In this document: positions 39,441-51,857 of the stretch, in pieces
Layout: each line of letters opens with the position of its first letter
Position numbering within the stretch: the first letter of the stretch is position 1
NCBI RefSeq assembly: GCF_006345805.1
Contig: NC_043024.1
Location: forward strand, 19,716,001-19,780,000
DNA from: Octopus sinensis
Taxonomy: Eukaryota
Length of the DNA stretch: 64,000 bases
Reading direction: 5' to 3'
The notes under the pieces: model-generated
Seen by the model: the letters and a program-made list of their open reading frames with translations, nothing else
Told to the model about the DNA's origin: nothing
The model's database searches: none
Position numbers and translations under genes: made by a program

Positions 39441-40384
39441 AATGTTGGTCATCTTTGAGTGAAAAGTCTCCAGAATGGAATTTTTAAAACCATTTCTGAC
39501 ATGTGCGTTCTGTTAAACAATCAACACCATAATCTTCACATTCCCCTTTGTGAGTCCCAGCAGCTTTCTTGCCTTTACAAATATAAAAAAAGGAGAGCAT
39601 GGCCAAAATGTTCGTTTTTGCCCTCTATGTTAAAATTGACACTGAACTAACAGCTGTAAACAAAATTAAACACAATTTGCTTCTAAAGTAAGCTAAAAGT
39701 AAAAGCTATCAAATGTCAAAAGGAAGACCAGTATACCCATCATGACTACCCGTCTGATAAGAGTACACTAGGCACATGCATCACAACTATATGTGCATGA
39801 CATGGTGATCTCATATCAAGATAAACAGCACATGACCTTGCAGGTGGGGCCCAATTAGAATTTTCTTGTGGTCAAGTAACCCATCCCACTCAAAAGGTCC
39901 CCAATTGAAGGTTATTTAAGGATGTTAAATGAAACACCTATGTTTCCAGAGGTGAATTATTCAAACCCAAAAGAATCCCTCTCAACACATGGCTATGATG
40001 CTCCCCCACTATTTCTGCTGCTCGTGATCAGAGATGCACATATCATCAGCCACTAAGGGACATGCTCAACTGGTTAAGGTCAACAACTGACAAGCAATCT
40101 GTGGTATTGAGCAGAATTTTGCTGTAAAACCCATCTTTATACCAAGACAAAACAATGTACATGAAACACTTCCAACCAGTTAAGATCAGAAGCCATGAGA
40201 GCCACTGCTGGTACTGCATCAGGGCAGTTATTATTATTATTATTATTATTATTATTCTATGTTTGACTTTTGCTTTACATTTGTACAAGTTGGCTCCAAG
40301 TCTCACCCAGAGACCTCAAGAGACAACAGGGTTGGAAGTTCATGTTGTTGTTATGCCTAGTGTGCCATATATTTCATTATTATG

Positions 40385-40437
<53 letters not shown>

Positions 40438-40460
40438 CATCTTCATTATTATTATTATTA

Positions 40461-40498
<38 letters not shown>

Positions 40499-40499
40499 G

Positions 40500-40535
<36 letters not shown>

Positions 40536-40831
40536 TATTATTATCATTATTTGTACAAGTTGACTCCAACCTCACCTAGAGACCTCAAGAGACAACAAGT
40601 TAGAATTCAAGTTGGTGCTAATACTAAGGTGCCATATTATTGGTTTTTTCCACAGGGTATTGTTCAAGAGAATGTCTGTCAAAACATAAGAAAATTAGAA
40701 GTTTGTTTTAAAAGTAATTTCGTGGTAAGATGCCAGTAAAAGGTGTTTGCTATTATGTACATTTGGAAGTACTTTTGACAATATTTACTGATTAAAATGT
40801 GCTGGGAATTACAGATAGTATTTTTCATAGA

Positions 40832-40872
<41 letters not shown>

Positions 40873-41426
40873 TGAGTGAGAGAGCAGTGCATGCCATCAA
40901 AGTGACACTGGGGTAAAATATACGAAGCCCAGTATACCCATCATGACTACCCGTCTGATAAGGGTACACTAGGCACATGCATCACAACCATATTTGCGTG
41001 GCATGGTGATCTCATATCAAGATAAACAGCGCATGACCTTGCAGGTGGGGCCCAGTTAGAATTTTCTTCTGGTCAAGTAGCCTATCCTACTCAAAAGGTC
41101 CCTGAATATTACTATTACAACTATTATTATTATTTATTATTATTATTATTTTATTATTATTATATTATTATTATTACTGAGTGAGAGAGCAGTGCATGCC
41201 ATCAAAGTGACACTGGGGTAAAATATACGAAGCCCAGTATACCCATCATGACTACCCGTCTGATAAGGGTACACTAGGCACATGCATCACAACCATATTT
41301 GCGTGGCATGGTGATCTCATATCAAGATAAACAGCGCATGACCTTGCAGGTGGGGCCCAGTTAGAATTTTCTTCTGGTCAAGTAGCCTATCCTACTCAAA
41401 AGGTCCCTGAATATTACTATTACAAC

Positions 41427-41472
<46 letters not shown>

Positions 41473-42174
41473 AAAGCCACAAAAATCCCTGTGAGATACA
41501 GCCACCCAGGGTTTCCTGGCCAAAATGTGAAACTGCTGAACAGTGAAGTAAATTAATATTTTGGACATGAGACCATGATTAGCTGTATTTCACAAAGCTT
41601 TTTGAGGTTTTTATCATAATGATATCATTACTCTCTTAACTAAATCAAGCGCTGTAATAATTGTTAAAAACCATTCCACGTGCAAATATACATTAAGATA
41701 TATTTATAAAATCATTATCGTTATCAACATTATTGCTGTAATTCCAATATTTACCTTCCATACTTACGTTGTCTGACAAAAAGTCATTGAAAATTTTATA
41801 AAGAATTTCTCTCTTTCTGCTCGTAAATTCTATTTTATGTCAATATTGAGCTGCAATGACTAATAAGTGCTTCAATTACGGTCTGTGTTTAGCCATTAGT
41901 GGTTGGAAATAGGGTTAGCTGTTATTGATTGCTTCTATTATTGATTGAATTATTAGTGATTGGAAATAGGCTTATATCAATTTTACCGGAGAAGAATAAT
42001 GTCAAGATTCACATTGACTGCAGAAAAATAATTACAGTTTTTTAATAAACATTCTTAATGTTTAATTGATTTTGAAGACATATAAGTTTTGTGTAATGGA
42101 TATGTATATATGTATGTATATGCATATATACATATACATATATACAGTCACCATATACATATATACATATACTG

Positions 42175-42675
42175 AAGGCGGCGAGCTGGCAGAAACGTTA
42201 GCACGCCGGGCAAAATGCTGAGCAGTATTTCGTCTGCCGCTATGTTCCGAGTTCAAATTCCGCTGAGGTCGACTTTGCCTTTCATCCTTTCAGGGTCGAT
42301 AAATAAAGTACCAGTTTCGCACTGGGGTCGATGTAATCGACTTAATCCGTTTGTCTGTCCTTGTTTGTCTCCTCTGTGTTTAGCCCCTTGTGGGTAGTAA
42401 AGAAATATATATAAATATACATATATACAGTTGCCATATAGATATATACATATATTGAAGGCGGCGAGCTGGCAGAAACGTTAGCACGCCGGGCAAAATG
42501 CTGAGCAGTATTTCGTCTGCCGCTATGTTCCGAGTTCAAATTCCGCCGAGGTCGACTTTGCCTTTCATCCTTTCAGGGTCGATAAATAAAGTACCAGTTT
42601 CGCACTGGGGTCGATGTAATCGACTTAATACCTATGTCTGTCCTTGTTTAGCCCCTTGTCGGCAGTAAAGAAATA
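42175..42675 (+). mobile_element. Two tandem SINE family A copies with duplicated TA-rich spacer
   Basis: gaaggcggcgagctggcagaaacg near 42175 and 42458. Confidence 0.85.
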
Positions 42676-42706
42676 TATACAGAAATATATAAAGAAATAT
42701 ATACAG

Positions 42707-42895
42707 TTGCCATGGTAGATCGGTAGCTACTACACACATTTTTTTCTCTCCTTGTTTCTCTCCTTGTTTCTTTCTGTGGAAGAGCATAGGCTCGAAATGT
42801 TAAAGACTTTTTCAATTCCCGAGCGTTATACTAATACATCTGTTTGTTTTCTACACCACCTGTCTTCGTCTTTTGTTTTTTTCCTGAATTCTCCC

Positions 42896-42930
<35 letters not shown>

Positions 42931-43210
42931 GTATTTATTCCTTTCTATAGAAGAGTGTAGGCTCGAAACGTAAAAGACTTTTTCTATTCCCGAGCATTAC
43001 ACTAATACATCTGTTTGTTTTGTACACCACCTGTCTTCATCTTTTGTTTTTTTCGTGAATTCTCCCTATATATATATCCCTTTCTGTAGAAGAGCGTAGG
43101 CTCGAAATGTAAAAGACTTTTTCAATTCCCGAGTGTTATACTAATACTTCTGTTTGTTTTCTACACCACCTGTCTTTGTCTTTTGCTTTTTTGGTGAATT
43201 CTCCCTATAT
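42707..43210 (+). mobile_element. Three tandem units, each with a hammerhead-like motif (variant core CTGTNGA / CTATAGA)
   Basis: Cores at 42774, 42945 and 43084, each followed by A-GAG(C/T)-4 nt loop-GCTC-GAAA-(C/T)GT(T/A)-AAAGAC. Stem I CTTT/AAAG. Units end in (TA)n. Confidence 0.6.
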
Positions 43211-44610
43211 CCATTTATAGGTATGCGTTCATATTTATATGAATGCATACCTACATATACCCATATCTGCAGATATTCATATTTATATACGAAGGCATGC
43301 AGCCTAGTAGTTACAATGTTGTACTTGTGATTGCTAGATTGTGGTTTCAATTCCCACACAGGGTGGCACATTTTGTTCTTGAGCAAAACACTTCATTTCA
43401 TATTGCTCCAGTCTACTCAGCTGTAAGTGGGTCCCCCTGTGATAGAATAGCCTTCTGACCAGGGGGTAGAATGTTGGCCTGCTCACTAAGCCAGTGGGGT
43501 GGCATTATTCGAAAGCTAATACAATGCATAACGCATTGTGACCAGTGATGTGTAACAACATCCAAACATCTGGTCGATACCATGACAATGATATGTGAAT
43601 ATATATACAAGTGTTGGTGTGTGTGCTTTCCAATTACATGGTTCTGGGTTCAATCCCACTGCATGGAACCTTGGGCCCAAGTCTTCTACTCTAGCCTCAG
43701 GCCAACCAAAGACTTGTGAGTGGATTTCATTGAGAGGAAACTGAAAGAAGCCTTTCATATATAAAGTGTGTGTATGTTTGTTTGTTGGTTTGTTTGTCCC
43801 CCAATACTGCTTGAGAACCAGTGTTGGTTTGTTTATATCCTTATAACTTAGTGGTTTGGTAAATGTGACCAATAGAATAAGAACCAGGCTTTAAATAAAT
43901 AAATAAGTATTGCAGTAGGTCCCCAATTAGCTGCTTTGCTTGCATGGATCCCCTTTGGTTATTATTTTATTCTGGTGAACTCCCATATCCATTCAATATC
44001 TAAAATCTAGTTTTATAGAAACTTCTTTCAAAATCCCTATTTTGACTTCCACACAATAACTTGTGTAGGTTGGACCCTGTAAAATATTAGAGAAAGAAAC
44101 CTTGTTGTTTCTTGAAATATATAACCAATACATACATCTTAAGGAAAATTTGGGGGGGGGGCCTTTAAAATACCATTGTGGATCCCTAATTTACCATTTT
44201 GTTGTGTGGACCCCAAAAATCTTATATGGAGCCTCAAGGCCCATATGAATCACTGGACTAAACCCACCATTCAAAGTGGTGTGCTCCAGCATGGCCGCAG
44301 TCTAATGACTGAATCAAGTCGAAAATAAACAATATCTTTAATGATTTTATTTAAAATGAATATAAATTTTGTGAATGATTTATCACAGATTCAGAGACAA
44401 AAACAATAAAAATAAAGGAAATTTTTTTCTGGGGGTCTTTAAAATACTATTGTGGGTCCCTAATTTACCATTTTGTTGCGTGGACCCCAAAAATCTTATA
44501 TGGAGCCTCAAGGCCCATATGAATCACTGGACTAAATCCAACCTTTCAAAGCAGTGTGCTCCAGTATGGCTGCTGTCTAATGACTGAATCAAGTCAAAAA
44601 TAAACAATAT

Positions 44611-44784
44611 ATAGGCGCAGGAGTGGCTGTGTGGTAAGTAGCTTGCTAACCAACCACATGGTTCCGGATTCAGTCCCACTGCATGGCATCATGGGCAAGT
44701 GTCTTCTGCTATAGCCCCGGGCCGACCAAAGCCTTGTGAGTGGATTTGGTAGATGGAAACTGAAAGAAGCCTGTCGTATATGTG

Positions 44785-44821
<37 letters not shown>

Positions 44822-45025
44822 TTGTGTGTCTGTGTTTGTCCCCCTAGCATTGCTTGACAACCAATGCTGGTGTGTTTACGTCCCCGTCACTTAGCGGTTC
44901 GGTAAAAGAGACCGATAGAATAAGTACTGGGCTTACAAAGAATAAGTCCCGGGGTCGATTAGCTCGACTAAAGGCGGTGCTCCAGCATGGCCGCAGTCAA
45001 ATGACTGAAACAAGTAAAAGAAAGA
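44611..45025 (+). mobile_element. Full-length SINE family B (415 bp) with 15 bp target-site duplication
   Basis: aaaaataaacaatat at 44596-610 and 45026-40. tRNA-like head and internal (TA)n(TG)n. Other copies near 10.7, 24.8, 35.5, 45.7, 60.1, 62.2 and 62.8 kb. Confidence 0.9.
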
Positions 45026-45802
45026 AAAAATAAACAATATCTTTAATGATTTTATTTAAAACGAATATAAATTTTGTAAACGATTTATCACAGATTCAGA
45101 GACAAAAACAATAAAAATAAAAGACACTTAATATTCACATCTATTCTTAATGTAAATATTGATACATTTTCTAACCATAAAGACAAAATTAATTGACCGA
45201 AGAATTATATTCATATTAGCAACCACTCATCTCAGAAGTTTAATTAACTTTAATTAATTTTAGAATGAATGATAGCGTGTGTAGTCTAGATAGACATGTT
45301 GGAACATATTTGAGTTTAATAAACTTGGCTGTGATTCTGTAGATATTTGCTGCAATCTGTGTGGCATAAAAATTGTTTGATATATGACAAACAATGACTA
45401 AACTGTTCAAAAATGGTTCAGAGAATTAATTAATTAATTAGCAGGAGCAAATTAAGCAGAAATGCCATTGTCGTCGTCATTGTCATTTAACATCCATTTT
45501 CCATGCTGGAATGGGTTAGATGGTTTGACTGGAGAGCTGGTAAGCTGGAGAGCTGGTGAGCTGGAGAGTTGCACCCAGCTCTAGTTGTCTATTTTGGTTT
45601 GATTTCTACAGCTGGATGCCCTTCCTAATCACAAGACTTAAACATAGGCGTAGGAGAGCTTACGAACCACATGGTTTCTGGTTCAGTCCCACTGCATGGC
45701 ACCTAGGGCAAGTGTCTTATACTATAGCCTCGGGCTGACCAAAGCCTTATGAGTGGATTTGGTATACGGAAACTGAAAGAAGCCCGTTGTATATATGTGT
45801 AT

Positions 45803-45848
<46 letters not shown>

Positions 45849-46242
45849 ATATGGCGGTGCCCCAGCATGGCCACAGCTTGTGAGCTGAAACTAAATAAAT
45901 AAAAATAAATAAATAAAAAAAATATATATATGTATATGTGTGTGTATATGTTTGTGTCTGTGTTTGTGCACCCAACATCGCTTGACAACCGATGCTGGTG
46001 TGTTTACATCCCCGTAACTTAGCGGTTCAGCAAAAGAGACCGATAGAATAAGTATTAGGCTTACAGAGAATACACACACACATACATATACATATGACAA
46101 GTTCCTTTCAGTTTCCACCTCCCAGCTCCACTCACAAGGTTTAGGTCAACCCAAAGCTAAAGCAGAGGACCCTTGACCAAAGTGCCATGCAGTGGGACTG
46201 AACCCAGATCTACACACTCGGGAAACAGACTTCTTACCACAC

Positions 46243-46243
46243 C

Positions 46244-46274
<31 letters not shown>

Positions 46275-46340
46275 GGCGGTGGCGATGATGATGATGATGA
46301 TGGTGGCGGTGGTGATGGCGATGATGGTGGCGATGATGAC

Positions 46341-46371
<31 letters not shown>

Positions 46372-46397
46372 ATGGCGATGATGGTGGCGATGATGAC

Positions 46398-46429
<32 letters not shown>

Positions 46430-46730
46430 CGATGATGATGGTGGCGGTGGTGGTGGCGATGATGATGATGATGATGACGACGATGATGATGGTGATGATG
46501 GTGGTGGTGATGGTGGCGATGATGATGATGATGGTGATGGTGATGATGATGATGATGACGACGATGATGATGGTGATGGTGGTGGTGATGGTGGCGATGA
46601 TGATGATGGTGGTGGTGGTGCTGCTGCTGCTGCTGATGGTGGTGATGGTGGCGATGATGATGATGATGGTGGCAATGACGACAACGTCGATGACTACGAC
46701 GCAGCTGCTGCTGATGACGATGAAAAAGGT
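46243..46730. repeat. Compound (GAT)n/(GGT)n array
   Basis: Direct reading. Confidence 0.9.
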
Positions 46731-47432
46731 GAAAAGGAAGAGTTGGATGCTGGTGGTTGTACAGTGGTGATGACGATTACAATATGGTATACATATATAT
46801 ATATATATATACTAGCCTTGTCCACCCACTGCAATGAGGGGTGCATTTTATTGCAGGGGTGGGGATCAGTGCGATGTATGAGACAAGGGTGGCTGTAACA
46901 CTCTATAATTTTCAATTGTTGTTTTACTGTTTAAATCTGAACTTGTGAGTTCAATATCAACTTACATCTCTTCCGGGGTGATGGTCATATTAGGGTTGCT
47001 TTCATTTAGTTCTTTTGCTTATTTTCCTCTTCCTTGTTTCAGTCATTAGACTGTGGCCATGCTGGGGCACTGCCTCGAAGAATTTCTAGTCGAATGAATT
47101 AATCCAATACATTTTTTTGAGACCGGTGCTTATTATGTTGATCTCGTTTGCCAAACTGTTAAGTTACAGAGACATAAACACACCAACACCAACTGCCAAG
47201 CAGTGGTGGAAAACACACACACACACATACGATGGGCTTCTTTCAGTTTCCATCCACCAAATCCACTCACAAATCTGTAGTTGTCTTGAGGCTATAGTAT
47301 AAGACACTTGCCCAAGGTGCCAAGCAGTGGGACTGAACCCAAAACCATGTAGTTAGGAAGCAAACTTCTTAACCACAGAGCCACGCCTGCACCAATTTAT
47401 TTATTTTATTTTTTTATTTTTCTTATTTTCAG

Positions 47433-47501
47433 GTAACTACACCTGTGTGGCTGCCACTAGAGTTTACAATGTCTCCTCTACAGTTCCTGTTTGTATTGTT
47501 G
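47433..47501 (+). CDS. Exon D: end of second Ig domain, (G)NYTCVAATRVYNVSSTVPVCIV
   Basis: Pyrimidine-rich acceptor ttattttcAG at 47431-32, donor GTaagt at 47502. Completes D-T-G-N-Y-T-C with exon C. Phase 1-1. Confidence 0.9.
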
Positions 47502-47738
47502 GTAAGTACTCCGAGTTTTAAGGTTTCATTTTCTTATCTCCCTCTCTCCCCGTTGCCCACTCACCCCATCCAATCCTCACTATCACTTCACCTATATTCA
47601 CCCCACCATTGTACCTTTGAAATGTGTCTTGACACATCTCTGCTACCATCTTTCTCAACCTCTCCATCTCACTCTTTCCCGCCTTTTCTATCCAATTGGG
47701 GTACCGCTGTATCTCCTTCAGAGCAAGGCACCCATCTA

Positions 47739-48108
47739 TAATGATAATAATAATAATGAAATTATTGTATACAGTGCTCAAGTGCACCACAACTTGTCAG
47801 AAAGTGTGTGTAAAGCATATGCAGTAATGTACAAATGTCTGGGAAGTGAGCAGTGTATGAGTCAGATACATGCTTGCGTGTGTATGCAGGGGAGAAAAGC
47901 AGGTGTAGTGTTGGCGAATCTCAGGAAGCATGGAAGTTTTGAAGGATGCAGTGCTCCGACAACTAACAACTGATGCCGGCAGTTTGTTCCATGCTTCAGC
48001 AACTCTCAGCGTGAAAAAATGTTTCCTAAAGTCATGGGAGCTGTGCTATTTTCTGACTTTGTAAATATGTCCACGGGTGTTGGACAGGTGGAGTTTGAAA
48101 AGGTGCTA
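47739..48108 (-). mobile_element. CR1-like LINE 3-prime fragment
   Basis: Same sequence family as 53341-53932. Minus-strand (ATT)n tail. Confidence 0.8.
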
Positions 48109-49599
48109 AGGGGACTTTGTCTTGCTTTTGCAAGTTACTTGGTTACCCCATTAGTGCTGGTGCCACGTGAAATGCACCCAGTGAACTTTGTGGACTGAAT
48201 GGCATTAAGGAGGGCATCCAGCCATAGAACGCATGCCAAATAACCAATAGCACTTGGCACAGTCTTCTGCCTAGCCAGCTCTTGTCAACCTGTCCAACCC
48301 ATGCTAGCAAGGAAAATCATGATGATGATAATTTCTCATAATGATACTCTTTCTGAAAGACTACAGTGATCCCTCATTTATCGTGGTAGATTGGTTCTGA
48401 GGCCGGCCACGATAACTGAATTTCAATGAAGTAGGGACACCATATTTACAGTATTTATTTAACGCGAGCTGGCGTTGAGGCAGTCAGCTGGCAGAAACGT
48501 TAGCATGCCAGGTGAAATGTGTAGCCATATTTAGTCTGCCATTACGTTCTGAGTTCAAATTCCACCGAGGTCCACTTTGCCTTTCATCCTTTCGGGGTCG
48601 ATAGATAAAGTACCAGTTTCGCACTGGGGTCGATGTAATCGACTTAATCCTTTTGTCTATCCTTGTTTGTCCTCTCTATGTTTAGCCCCTTGTGGGCAAT
48701 AAAGAAATATATTTAACGTGTATTTGGACTTTTAAAACCCTCCCTGTACTGTTAACAACCCACCCATTACAGTAGTCAATTAACAACAAAGACAACTGTT
48801 AAGCAATAACACTTTAGATTAAGAAAAATAAAGATTGTTACTGTACTCAACATGAAAGAAGTTGATGGTGGTGATGAATTTGCTGCGCAGTAAAAATGAT
48901 GATGATGAAGCTGATGGCGGTGCCCTTTCCTGGGACACCTCTTCCACTTCTTCCGAAGGTGCAGCTGTAGTAGTAGCAGCAGGCACTGGGTCTTTTTTGC
49001 AAAGCCGCAAAAACTTGATAGAAAGTTGCTGCCACTGCTTCTTTTTCCGTTCAAAGAGCATCTTGTAGGGATTCAGGACTTCGTCGACCTAGTTGCAAAA
49101 TTGCACAGAACAAACCATATCGTCGACTCATTCCTGTGACCCCTCTTTCAATTCTTTAGCAAGGTTGCAGAGCTTGGCCAGCCATTCCAAAGTCAAGCCA
49201 ATTTGGTCGACAACTTCTTCCGTTTCTTGCTGTGTTTCTTCTTCTTCGCTGCCAGTACCAGCCTTGGAAGAAGCAGCATGCTTGGGAGCCATTGTAGGGG
49301 ATGAAAACCCAAAGTTCAACACAAAGAAAGAAAAAATTCACTCACTACAAGAAAGCTTGAAGCGAAATGGCGATGAGAGAGAAAGGGACAAGGGAAGATG
49401 CTGTGGATCTGAGCATCGGTCAAAGCACCAATCACAGGTCCCTCTCCATTACACCAATCACAGCCCGTCTTAAGTTCAAATACTCCTGCATATGCTTTTT
49501 TGCTACTTTGTGCTTATTTTGTTGTTCCTAGACTAGGAAATAATATTTATTATTAATATTTTAATGGATTTAAGTAAAAATTTTAGGCGTTCATATATA

Positions 49600-50003
49600 T
49601 AATCTCCTTTAGAGAGACTTAGTAATTTTAATATTTCTATTATTGAAAACAAGTGGATGTATTCCACTGAAACTAGGTAAATAAAATCTTCAAACAGACG
49701 GTCGGTAGCGACACCTGCTGGGTTTGACTACACTGCATTGATAAAGGGCAACAACCCTGAAACATGTCTGCAGATGTCTGACCAGTAAGGTGAAGCGGCT
49801 GACCTCCCCTGTTCGAAGGTTGTAATGGACGCAGGTTCGTGTGTCATATAGCTAGCTAGAGGCAGTGGCCTCTTGGAGCTAACCAGCGACAGCTTTAGTC
49901 TTATATTTAGACTGCCATATTAGTTTGGCGATAAATATTAATATCCAGTAACGCTGCCGTAATCTCCTTTAGAGAGACTTAGTAATTTTAATATTTCTAT
50001 TAT
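49600..50003 (+). mobile_element. Retrozyme-like element: 360 nt unit plus 44 nt terminal direct repeat, inserted in (TA)n inside a Tigger relic
   Basis: Identical 44 nt repeats at 49600-43 and 49960-50003; TA runs on both sides; hammerhead inside. Confidence 0.72.
49733..49773 (+). ncRNA. Type I hammerhead motif with U3-A8 variant core
   Basis: Stem I CTGCA 49733-37 / TGCAG 49769-73; core TTGATAA 49738-44; stem II AGGG-caacaa-CCCT; GAAA 49759-62; palindrome ACATGT; GUC ending at 49768. Confidence 0.78.
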
Positions 50004-50744
50004 ATATATATATATATATATATTAAAAATCCGCGAAGTCGTGAATCCACGATAGTTGAACCATGAAATAGCGAGGGATCACTGTAATCCCTTTTCCAGC
50101 TATGAAGCTCCTCCCATTAATGAAACCCCTTGAAGTAATGATAGTCCTTCAGAAAAACTCTTTCTGATAATGATACTCCTTCTTATAAGGGCGACGAGCT
50201 GGCAGAATCATTAGCACGCCAGGTGAAATGCTTAGCGGTATTTCGTCTGCCACTACGTTCTGAGTTCAAATTCTGCTGAAGTCGACTTTGCCTTTCACCC
50301 TTTCAGGGTCAATTAAATAAGTACCAGTTTCACACTGGGGTTGATATAATTGACTTAATCTGTTTGTCTGTCCTTGTGTGTCCCCTCTGTGTTTAGTCCC
50401 TTGTGAGTAGTAAAGAAATAGATACTCCTTCTTATTGTGAAACATCCCATATTCGGTCAAATGTAATCTTTATTTATTCACAGTTTTGTATTAATCATGC
50501 ATTGTCTTATAGCTTCTAGATTTTTATGACATAAATGTATATTTTTAAAATGACATTATAGGATAGGTGCAACAGGCTGGATTGGGTCAAGCTTAATATA
50601 AATCAGGTGGAATATTGGGGCCTAACATGGCTGGTTCTAACCCCTTAGCATTCAGATTACTCTGTCAAATGTAATGTGTATTCATTAACTTAGGTTCAAA
50701 TTAATTAAGCATTATAAACAAGTGCCTGTCCAACATTGATTGCA

Positions 50745-51857
50745 TCACCCATACTCTCAACAATGCGCCCTTAAATATGGTTTCTGATTACAAATATCTT
50801 GGGTCATACATATCATCATCTGGAAAAGATTTTCTAACTAGAAAGGGTATGGCCTGGTCAGCCTGTAATGACATGCATAAGATCTGGTCATCAAATCTAA
50901 GTAGAGACTTCAAACTTGAAATCTTCAAAGCCACAGTCGAACCAATTCTACTATATGGCTCAGAAACCTGGACGTTATCAAAAAGCTTGAGAGGCGGTTG
51001 GATGGAACCTACACTCGCCTCCTTAAATGTGGTTTCTGATTATAAATATCTTGAGTCATACATATCATCATCTGGAAAAGATTTTCTAACTAGAAAGGGT
51101 ATGGCCTGGTCAGCCTGTAATGACATGCATAAGATCTGGTCATCAAATCTATGTAGAGACTTCAAACTTGAAATCTTCAAAGCCACAGTTGAACCAATTC
51201 TACTATATGGCTCAGAAACCTGGACGTTATCAAAAAGCTTGAGAGGCGGTTGGATGGAACCTACACTCGCCTCCTTAAATGTGGTTTCTGATTATAAATA
51301 TCTTGAGTCATACATATCATCATCTGGAAAAGATTTTCTAACTAGAAAGGGTATGGCCTGGTCAGCCTGTAATGACATGCATAAGATCTGGTCATCAAAT
51401 CTAAGTAGAGACTTCAAACTTGAAATCTTCAAAGCCACAGTTGAACCAATTCTACTATATGGCTCAGAAACCTGGACGTTATCAAAGAAGCTTGAGAGGC
51501 GGTTGGATGGAACCTACACTCGCCTCCTTATGAGAGCTCAAAATCTCTCGTGGAAGCGTCATCCAACCAAAATGCAAATATACAGGAAACTACCACCTGT
51601 GTCATCTCTTGTGAAAGGTAGGAGAGTCCAGTTTGCTGGACATTGTTGTAGAGCTGAAAATGAGGTAATTTCTACTCTTCTCCTCTGAAAGCCATCTGCT
51701 CGTGATACCAGAGGGCGCACACTCTCCTACCATGATGTAATCTCCAGAGATACAGGCATTCAGCAACAGGACCTCCGTAATGCCATGATGGACCGTGAAG
51801 TCTGGCGTAGCATGGTAAATTCCATTGTCTCGACCACGGTCGAACAATGATGATGAT
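50745..51857 (+). mobile_element. 5-prime-truncated RTE-clade LINE with a triplicated 252 bp segment
   Basis: DYKYLGSYI..AW...KIW..FKATVEPILLYGSETW..RRLDGTYTRLL..FAGHC..DR.VWR motifs. (GAT)n tail at 51847-57. Repeat starts at 50777, 51029 and 51281. Confidence 0.92.

Larger units (their letters stand above)
48364..50084 (-). mobile_element. Internally deleted Tigger/pogo-type DNA transposon with nested SINE and hammerhead element
   Basis: TA flanks at 48362-63 and 50085-86; 12 bp TIR CAGTGATCCCTC. Frame 49322-48819 reads MAPKHAASSKAG fused to GLTLEWLAKL..AKELKE..D.M..S.QF.N.VDEVL.PYK.L.ERKKKQ.QQLSI, with two stops. Confidence 0.75.
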
